A DNA stretch of 51,359 bases from a phage: the sequence record PZ452592.1, one strand, 5' to 3'. Under the pieces are notes generated by a model, which saw only the letters and a list, made by a program, of their open reading frames with translations, was not told the origin of the DNA and searched no databases. Below are positions 45,914-51,359 of this stretch, piece by piece. The position numbers and the translations under genes are program-made. How positions within the stretch are numbered: the first letter of the stretch is position 1; each line of letters starts with the position of its first letter.

Positions 45914-45954
45914 CACTTTTTGCAAAAAACAGATTAACGGGCTTGCGGTATAGT
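45911..45954 (+). promoter_or_regulatory. 19-mer promoter cassette
   Basis: TAGCACTTTTTGCAAAAAAC + 18 nt + TATAGT in loop of hairpin GGGCTT...AAGCCC. Confidence 0.5.
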
Positions 45955-45985
45955 AAGCCCATCAACAACAAACGAGGATTAAATC

Positions 45986-46249
45986 ATGGCTAACAAGATC
46001 GAGTTTTTTAAAGCTGTAGACATTATCGACGGCGCGCCTAGCTTCTTTGCTATCCATTCTATTGACGGCAAGGATATTGGGTACAACGTTATCCGTCGAG
46101 ATGGAATCTCAAAACTTAGTGACCTGGTAGGCCATATTGTGTCAAACGGGAAATGCGCATGGCCCGATTCGCCACGAGAGCCACGCCGCCGCGACATGGT
46201 AGAGCCTGTTCTGCTTTACACTCTGGTAGTAGAAGGAGAAAATAAATGA
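45986..46249 (+). CDS. hypothetical protein
   Basis: 87-aa ORF, RBS GAGG. Confidence 0.5.
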   Translation: MANKIEFFKAVDIIDGAPSFFAIHSIDGKDIGYNVIRRDGISKLSDLVGHIVSNGKCAWPDSPREPRRRDMVEPVLLYTLVVEGENK

Positions 46250-46431
46250 TTTGGTTACTTGCTTTTTTGGTTGCTTTTCTCTACATTTCAGGCTTATTTA
46301 CGTTCCGCGCGTTTGTGAAATATTCTGGCACGACAGACAAGGACGATAAAATCGTTCTCGCTTTCTGGTTTGTTTGGGTGTGGTTAGCAATTTACGAGAT
46401 CATCAGAGACAAACAGAAATTTGAGTGGTGA
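46246..46431 (+). CDS. small membrane protein
   Basis: 61 aa, two hydrophobic helices (LLAFLVAFLYISGLF, IVLAFWFVWVWLAIY); ATGA overlap. Confidence 0.5.
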   Translation: MIWLLAFLVAFLYISGLFTFRAFVKYSGTTDKDDKIVLAFWFVWVWLAIYEIIRDKQKFEW

Positions 46432-46490
46432 TTCTTGCTATGGCGCATTCATGCAGTGCGCCATGTTGAGAAAACCTAAAGGGGGAAATG

Positions 46491-46631
46491 ATGCGTAACT
46501 TTGAAAAAATCATTACCAAAAAGAAGCGTCGCGGGTACGATGAGCATGTGGAGTTTGTGAACAAACAGCGCAAGAAGCGCCATAGACGCGAAATGCTGCA
46601 TAATATCAACTCACGCTATGGAGAAAAATAA
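46491..46631 (+). CDS. small basic protein (46 aa)
   Basis: not in ORF track; RBS AAGGGGG upstream; Lys/Arg-rich. Confidence 0.4.
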   Translation: MRNFEKIITKKKRRGYDEHVEFVNKQRKKRHRREMLHNINSRYGEK

Positions 46632-46823
46632 ATGCAATTGCCACCATTTGACAAAAAAAGCGAAGAGATTGCCAAAACTGCATGTCACCTTCGAGAGCTT
46701 GCCGACATGATAGAGCGCGGTCAGGTTATGATTGTCAATATGACGATTAAAAGCGAGAATAGAAATTTCAAGGTTTTAAGCGAGACAACAGAAATTACTG
46801 TGTTGAAAGCAAGGGGAGAATAA
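46632..46823 (+). CDS. hypothetical protein
   Basis: 63-aa ORF starting 1 nt after upstream stop. Confidence 0.5.
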   Translation: MQLPPFDKKSEEIAKTACHLRELADMIERGQVMIVNMTIKSENRNFKVLSETTEITVLKARGE

Positions 46824-46825
46824 TC

Positions 46826-47416
46826 ATGAAACGAGACATTATCATCCTTAATGGGCCGCCAGGTTGCGGGAAGGACACTATTGCAGCTTACCTAACGGGC
46901 CATCGTTACCCTGCTGTCAAGGCGTCATTCAAACAGCCGATGTTCGATATTGCTTTTTCTATGCTGGGCGTGTACCGATACGATGAATTTATGGACCTGT
47001 ATAACGACAGAGAGCAAAAAGAAAAGCCTCAAGTTATCTTAGGCGGCAAGTCACCTAGACAATTCATGATCTGGATTAGCGAGGATGTAATGAAGCCAGT
47101 TTTTGGAGATCACTATTTCGGGCGTCGAATGGTTGAAGAGATTCACGAGATGTACCGAGATTTAGCGGTTGTGATCAGCGATGGAGGATTCCCCGAAGAA
47201 GTCAAGCCGCTTGTTAAGGCAGGGCATGAGGTGCATATTTGCCGATTGCATCGCGACGGCTTCACGTTTGCTGGCGATTCGAGAGACTACATTGACCTGA
47301 GCGGTTATCACTATCGAATCCATCACTATGACTTCCACTTGCAGGACGGCAAGCCGGAACTGGCTGTAAACGAGATCGTCAATGCTGTCAAATGGAAGCA
47401 CACAAAGATTAAATAG
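46826..47416 (+). CDS. P-loop nucleotide kinase (dNMP-kinase-like)
   Basis: N-terminal Walker A MKRDIIILNGPPGCGKDT resembles phage dNMP kinases; RBS AAGGGGAG. Confidence 0.55.
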   Translation: MKRDIIILNGPPGCGKDTIAAYLTGHRYPAVKASFKQPMFDIAFSMLGVYRYDEFMDLYNDREQKEKPQVILGGKSPRQFMIWISEDVMKPVFGDHYFGRRMVEEIHEMYRDLAVVISDGGFPEEVKPLVKAGHEVHICRLHRDGFTFAGDSRDYIDLSGYHYRIHHYDFHLQDGKPELAVNEIVNAVKWKHTKIK

Positions 47417-47456
47417 CACGAATTGCTAAACGCGAGGCGCAATGCCTCGCTATAAT
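47414..47456 (+). promoter_or_regulatory. 19-mer promoter cassette
   Basis: TAGCACGAATTGCTAAAC + 19-nt hairpin GCGAGGCGCAATGCCTCGC + TATAAT. Confidence 0.5.
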
Positions 47457-47486
47457 GCAAACACCAATCAACGAGAGGAAATCACA

Positions 47487-47867
47487 ATGGTTAACATCAG
47501 AAAAATCCGCGTCGGCACTAAATTCTTAGTTACTTACGCAATTCCAGATAGCGGAATGAAGAAGGGCCAGATTGTTAAGGTTGATAGCAAAAGATTTGGA
47601 ATCCCTGGTATCAATGGCTATCTAATCAATAAAGATCTTGGATTCGACGGATTCGCTATCCGTTCGCTTGAGGGTATTGTTGCCACCCTTAAACGAATCA
47701 CCAATCATCGCGGCTGCCCAATCAAGACGATTAAAGCGCCAACCAATTACGGCAAACTGGATAATCGTCGAATCCGCCGCCTGGCGCGTAACGCGTTAAA
47801 ATTCCGTGGCGTAGGCGATGATTTCTACTATGGATACAAGAGGATTGCGCGCAATGCTGGGAAATAA
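47487..47867 (+). CDS. hypothetical protein
   Basis: 126-aa ORF from ATG 47487 with RBS GAGAGGAA (track start 47442 lies in the cassette). Confidence 0.5.
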   Translation: MVNIRKIRVGTKFLVTYAIPDSGMKKGQIVKVDSKRFGIPGINGYLINKDLGFDGFAIRSLEGIVATLKRITNHRGCPIKTIKAPTNYGKLDNRRIRRLARNALKFRGVGDDFYYGYKRIARNAGK

Positions 47868-47966
47868 CAATAACGCAACGAATCCTAAGCCACCTTTTGA
47901 TTTTCATTCCGCAATGATTGCGGTATTATCAATGCTACTTTTTCTTTATAGCATGAGGGCGCCACT

Positions 47967-48215
47967 ATGGTTTTTAACGCATTGAAACGACTGTTTAAGC
48001 TGGAATACCGGATCGTATTTTGCCGCGACTGTTCTACTTATCATGTGCAGCGACGCAGCTTAGGCGGCAATTGGCACTATGTTACAGATGACTTTTTCGG
48101 CATCATTGCCACTGAATTTAAGTGTTATAGCGATGCTTATATGTACGTCAAGAAGCGCCACCGCTTACGCAAGTGTCGTTTTTCCGCACTGATTCACGTT
48201 AATGATTGTTACTGA
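47967..48215 (+). CDS. hypothetical protein (Cys-containing, basic)
   Basis: 82-aa ORF, RBS GAGGG. Confidence 0.5.
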   Translation: MVFNALKRLFKLEYRIVFCRDCSTYHVQRRSLGGNWHYVTDDFFGIIATEFKCYSDAYMYVKKRHRLRKCRFSALIHVNDCY

Positions 48216-48222
48216 GGTGAAA

Positions 48223-48405
48223 ATGAAAACTGGTATTATTATTCTTTTTCTGATCCTTTTCGGCAGCCATTTAACCATTAACTATGAGGGCATTATGGCC
48301 TTTTGGGGCAACTTGATGATGTTTGCCGCTGGTTCAATTGCTGGCTACTCTGACGGGAAAAAGGATGGTGTGCGCAAGATGCTGATGGGGCTTAAACAAA
48401 AATAA
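48223..48405 (+). CDS. small membrane protein
   Basis: 60 aa from ATG 48223 with RBS GAGGTGA; two hydrophobic segments. Confidence 0.5.
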   Translation: MKTGIIILFLILFGSHLTINYEGIMAFWGNLMMFAAGSIAGYSDGKKDGVRKMLMGLKQK

Positions 48406-48416
48406 GGGGATATGAA

Positions 48417-48707
48417 ATGGCAAACAAAACTTACCGCAAACTACTGGTTAACGCTTTTGAAAACATCGCGCAGTGTAACAAGTGGAACGACTCTAAACAC
48501 TCGCCAATCACAATGAAGCGCGCCGGATTCAAAAATGCTCGTTCATGGGCGCGAGCTTTCGCAGCTTGCTATATGCCGGATGGCGGACTAGGGGCGATGA
48601 ACGATTTTTTGATCAACATGATAGAGGAAGCGGCGCGAGAGGATCGGCCGCTGACACAGCGAGATTTTGACGACTTCGCGCGCGATGAGCTTTACTATCT
48701 GAGCTAA
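48417..48707 (+). CDS. hypothetical protein
   Basis: 96-aa ORF, RBS AAGGGGA. Confidence 0.5.
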   Translation: MANKTYRKLLVNAFENIAQCNKWNDSKHSPITMKRAGFKNARSWARAFAACYMPDGGLGAMNDFLINMIEEAAREDRPLTQRDFDDFARDELYYLS

Positions 48708-48750
48708 TAGCACTTTTTGTTAAAACTTCCGCAAGGGCATTTGGTAAAGT
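48708..48750 (+). promoter_or_regulatory. 19-mer promoter cassette
   Basis: TAGCACTTTTTGTTAAAAC + 18 nt + TAAAGT in loop of hairpin AAGGGCA...TGCCCTT. Confidence 0.45.
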
Positions 48751-48782
48751 GCCCTTATTGAAGCGAAACAGAGGAAAGCGCA

Positions 48783-48995
48783 ATGAAAATCAAAATCACC
48801 AAAATCGACACTATCAACGGCGACGGATCAATCACTCTTGAGCAATGTGGCTTGGTTGTTGGTGATGTGCTGGAAGTTGACGGACATTTCAGCGACGGAT
48901 CTTATTGTGTTATTGCGCCGCGCAACAGCGAGTTTATCAAGGCTGGCGACAATATTAGTGTTAACCATGACGAATGCGAGGTAGTAGAAGAATGA
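48783..48995 (+). CDS. hypothetical protein
   Basis: 70-aa ORF, RBS GAGGAAAG. Confidence 0.5.
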   Translation: MKIKITKIDTINGDGSITLEQCGLVVGDVLEVDGHFSDGSYCVIAPRNSEFIKAGDNISVNHDECEVVEE

Positions 48996-49255
48996 TCACG
49001 ATTAACCTGTCAGAGCAGCAAGCGCGCATTATATTAGCGGCCTTTGGCTGGCGAGATGATGACGGCATCCAGGCAACGGTTAAAATTCCTGAGCCAGTGG
49101 CGCGTGAAGTTTTCAGCCAGCTAGAACACGCATTTGATCCTGCTGGGACTGAGCAAGCGGAAACTGCCGCATGGTTCGGAGAGAACGGATACAGAGATCA
49201 GCAAGTCGAAAACTGGAAGCGCATAAACGAGACTATGGAGGAATCAGGTTTATGA
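48992..49255 (+). CDS. hypothetical protein
   Basis: 87-aa ORF from ATG 48992 (ATGA overlap with upstream stop). Confidence 0.5.
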   Translation: MITINLSEQQARIILAAFGWRDDDGIQATVKIPEPVAREVFSQLEHAFDPAGTEQAETAAWFGENGYRDQQVENWKRINETMEESGL

Positions 49256-49566
49256 TTTATATTCACTACTACCAAATCGGAACTAACGAGAACAAGAAAG
49301 AGCATCGTTTCATCCATGATGATTTGGACAAGGCAAAGGCACAGCAACAGGTTTTAGGCGGTGTCATTCAGGCTTTTGAGCCTGTAGAAGATATTGAGTA
49401 CCGCGAGCATTTAAAAGATGTTGTTATTGATGAGATCTCTTGCTTGATTGATGATATGACAAATCACGGCCCTGGTTCCCCGTGGGAAGATGCAGGATCT
49501 GTAACGTGGGATAAGGCCAAAGTTAAGACGCTAAACAACTTTCGAGAGATTCTCGACGGTTTTTAA
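49252..49566 (+). CDS. hypothetical protein
   Basis: 104-aa ORF from ATG 49252 (ATGA overlap; RBS GGAGG upstream). Confidence 0.5.
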   Translation: MIYIHYYQIGTNENKKEHRFIHDDLDKAKAQQQVLGGVIQAFEPVEDIEYREHLKDVVIDEISCLIDDMTNHGPGSPWEDAGSVTWDKAKVKTLNNFREILDGF

Positions 49567-49636
49567 TTAAAAACGCATAGCCGTTAGAGCGCCTAAATCG
49601 CATTCTAACGAGCTATTTTTCTGGTAAGGTGATTTA

Positions 49637-49765
49637 ATGGATGAGTACAAGCAACCTTCGCAATGGTGCAAAGAGAAGCAGGAGGAAGCACTTGAGCGCG
49701 GAGATGTAGAAGAAGCTATGAACTATTTCAAACTTGCGGAAGAATGGAAGGTGAGAGGATACTGA
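49637..49765 (+). CDS. small acidic protein (42 aa)
   Basis: not in ORF track; RBS AAGGTGA 5 nt upstream of ATG 49637; stop overlaps next ATG. Confidence 0.3.
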   Translation: MDEYKQPSQWCKEKQEEALERGDVEEAMNYFKLAEEWKVRGY

Positions 49766-49995
49766 TGTTCGGCATGAACGAGGCGCAATTCAACGCAGCT
49801 AAACGCCAGGCTAAAAAGTGCGGCGAGGCAATGAAAGCGGATGTGGAAAAGCGCGGGAAGTATGTTGATGAAGTAATGAAGGGCATCATTGCAGAACACT
49901 ACCAGCCAATCGCGCCAATGTTGACGATCACTCAATTCATTTGGCTATGTGGTTACTTGCGCGGACGTTGGGGGAACGCTTTCGACAGGGAATGA
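49765..49995 (+). CDS. hypothetical protein
   Basis: 76-aa ORF from ATG 49765 with RBS GGTGAGAGGA. Confidence 0.5.
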   Translation: MFGMNEAQFNAAKRQAKKCGEAMKADVEKRGKYVDEVMKGIIAEHYQPIAPMLTITQFIWLCGYLRGRWGNAFDRE

Positions 49996-50024
49996 TTGAC
50001 AACTCTTTCCTGATTGGTTAGCAT
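49996..50024 (+). promoter_or_regulatory. sigma70-like promoter
   Basis: TTGACA - 17 nt - TAGCAT. Confidence 0.4.
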
Positions 50025-50157
50025 GGCGTCGTTTACATAAGAGCGGCTTTGTCCGAACGCGTGACGCGATAGTCACACAACAACGGCGATATGCAGGAGG
50101 TTTTTGCAATGCAAAATAATCCGTAAGACGTATCGCCTTTTTTAATGGAGATCCAAA

Positions 50158-50391
50158 ATGATTAAATACAAATTAACCGTTTCTTTCCGTGATACCGTTA
50201 TTCATCCTTTCTACAATAGCTTTGTTAACAGCTTTACAGTAGAAGCGACAAAGGATCAGCTTGACGGTGACGAAACTTGCATTTCTATCGGCAATGTTGC
50301 TTATCCGATTCACAACATTACCAGCATTAAGCGTGAGGTTGTCGCTGATGAATTACAAAGTGAAGATGACGATCCGGCGAATGGGGCGTAA
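50158..50391 (+). CDS. hypothetical protein
   Basis: 77-aa ORF, RBS GGAG; preceded by hairpin/U-run leader. Confidence 0.5.
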   Translation: MIKYKLTVSFRDTVIHPFYNSFVNSFTVEATKDQLDGDETCISIGNVAYPIHNITSIKREVVADELQSEDDDPANGA

Positions 50392-50533
50392 TTGCCAATC
50401 ATGCAAACAGGAATATGAATGCGTAGTTGATGCTCTTGATGAACTGGAAGCAGTAGCAAAAGCAAAAGAGCAATCGGGCGCTAATCCTGAAACACATCAA
50501 TTTTCAATTAATCTTGTGAGGGCTTTACAATGA
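50381..50533 (+). CDS. small Cys-rich hypothetical protein (50 aa)
   Basis: ATG 50381 overlapping upstream gene end; CxxC pair (CQSCKQEYEC); weak RBS. Confidence 0.3.
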   Translation: MGRNCQSCKQEYECVVDALDELEAVAKAKEQSGANPETHQFSINLVRALQ

Positions 50534-50754
50534 TCGCATTATCTTTCTGCATTGGTTTTATCATGGCTATCATTATCTTTTCCGTTGTCATGCGCTTTGC
50601 TTATAAGTTCGTGATTAATAAAGGTTGGTACGCTTCTGCAATCTGGAGCGAAAAACAAAAGAAATGGCTTGTCCGTGGTCAATACCTGATGATCGGCAGC
50701 AAGATCCTAAATTCCATTCGAGCCAAAGATGGAAAAGTAAAATATACAGCTTAA
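50530..50754 (+). CDS. small membrane protein
   Basis: 74 aa, N-terminal hydrophobic helix (IALSFCIGFIMAIIIFSVVM); ATGA overlap. Confidence 0.5.
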   Translation: MIALSFCIGFIMAIIIFSVVMRFAYKFVINKGWYASAIWSEKQKKWLVRGQYLMIGSKILNSIRAKDGKVKYTA

Positions 50755-50760
50755 AAATTA

Positions 50761-50782
50761 CCCGCCGCACGGCGGGTTTTTT
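50761..50782 (+). terminator. intrinsic terminator
   Basis: hairpin CCCGCC-GCAC-GGCGGG followed by T6. Confidence 0.75.
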
Positions 50783-50795
50783 ATTGCCCGTTGTC

Positions 50796-50804
50796 TGGTA
50801 TAAT
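50796..50804 (+). promoter_or_regulatory. extended -10 promoter element (TGGTATAAT)
   Basis: TGnTATAAT consensus 28 nt upstream of terS ATG; no clear -35. Confidence 0.45.
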
Positions 50805-50832
50805 CAGGCATCTAACCAAAGGAGGATTAATA

Positions 50833-51359
50833 ATGGCTAAAAATGTTGAGCCTGCTGTAAAGGCATTAAATTTCAAAGAGTTATACAATAAAACTTATGG
50901 CGATATTGTCACGCTAAACAACCGCCACAAGTACACGCCGGAACAGGTTTTTGATATGGCGATCCGCTATTTCACTTGGGCCGAAGAGAATCACATCCAG
51001 GCGGCTGAAACTGCTTCCTTTCAGGGTGACGTGTACGAGAGCAGAGTTTACAAGCCTCGCGTTTTCACGGTTAACGGATTCAGCTTGTATCTCGGCGTGA
51101 CTGAGGCTGCCGTAAGCAAATGGCGTAAAGAGCCTGGATTCTGCGATGTGATGGAGTTTGTTGATAAAGTAATTTACGAGCAAAAATTCCAGCTTGCGGC
51201 AAATAACATGATTAACGCTGGATTTATCGGTAAAGAGATCGGAGTAGAGAAGCCAGCAACAGTGAGCGTTGAAGCGAGCGCGGCAGCTAATGCAAGCATT
51301 GACGCAGTAACTGCCGATGAGGTGAAAGAGGCTGTGATTGATATTCTGGAGCAACTTTA
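50833..51359 (+). CDS. terS: terminase small subunit (3-prime partial in window)
   Basis: ORF from ATG 50833 with RBS AAAGGAGG runs off window end; last 2 nt TA plus nt 1 (A) form TAA overlapping terL ATG. Confidence 0.65.
   Translation, partial: MAKNVEPAVKALNFKELYNKTYGDIVTLNNRHKYTPEQVFDMAIRYFTWAEENHIQAAETASFQGDVYESRVYKPRVFTVNGFSLYLGVTEAAVSKWRKEPGFCDVMEFVDKVIYEQKFQLAANNMINAGFIGKEIGVEKPATVSVEASAAANASIDAVTADEVKEAVIDILEQL

Noticed and set aside
28289-48750. Reading the 19-mer plus hairpin units as rho-independent terminators
   Set aside because: The hairpins are followed by a -10-like hexamer and a purine-rich leader, not a U-run; genuine terminators in this genome look different (GC stem plus T6-T9).
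50914-51354. 146-aa minus-strand ORF at the right end
   Set aside because: Antisense to the terS-like ORF, which has a strong RBS and continues in frame into position 1.

Overview
The window reads as a complete, circularly closed ~51.4-kb genome of a virulent T1-like siphophage of enterobacteria, linearised at the terL start codon: the terS ORF running off the right edge is completed by nucleotide 1. All calls rest on reading the sequence and on recalled family motifs; no database search was possible, and small hypothetical genes rest on ORF, RBS and spacing only. Layout: 1-19.5 kb rightward structural module (terL, portal, head genes, major capsid, connectors, major tail protein, G/GT chaperones with a -1 frameshift site, tape measure, lambda-like M-L-K-I-J tail tip); 19.5-20.7 kb leftward Cor-like lipoprotein module; 21.1-23.7 kb rightward recombination module (PD-(D/E)XK exonuclease, Erf-like protein, SSB); 23.7-28.3 kb leftward side fibre genes and primase; 28.3-34.8 kb rightward helicase, VRR-NUC nuclease, Dam-like methylase, HTH-phosphoesterase and lysis cassette (holin, SAR endolysin, unimolecular spanin); 34.8-41.6 kb leftward small-gene block with a P-loop protein and a C5-methyltransferase-like gene; 42.2-50.8 kb rightward block of about 25 small genes including a HAD phosphatase and a dNMP-kinase-like protein. 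I saw no integrase, repressor, tRNA or CRISPR array. The most striking signal is a family of at least 16 modular promoter-like cassettes built on a conserved 19-mer (TAGCACTTTTTGTTAAAAC) with a fixed ~18-nt spacer to a -10-like hexamer and no -35, which I interpret as a phage-specific promoter class. Other leads are an orphan S74 chaperone-domain ORF in frame with an upstream repeat-containing mini-ORF across a single TAA, two diverged AT-rich repeats with iteron-like arrays upstream of the two consensus sigma70 promoters, and a hairpin-embedded mini-ORF upstream of the gene at 50158.
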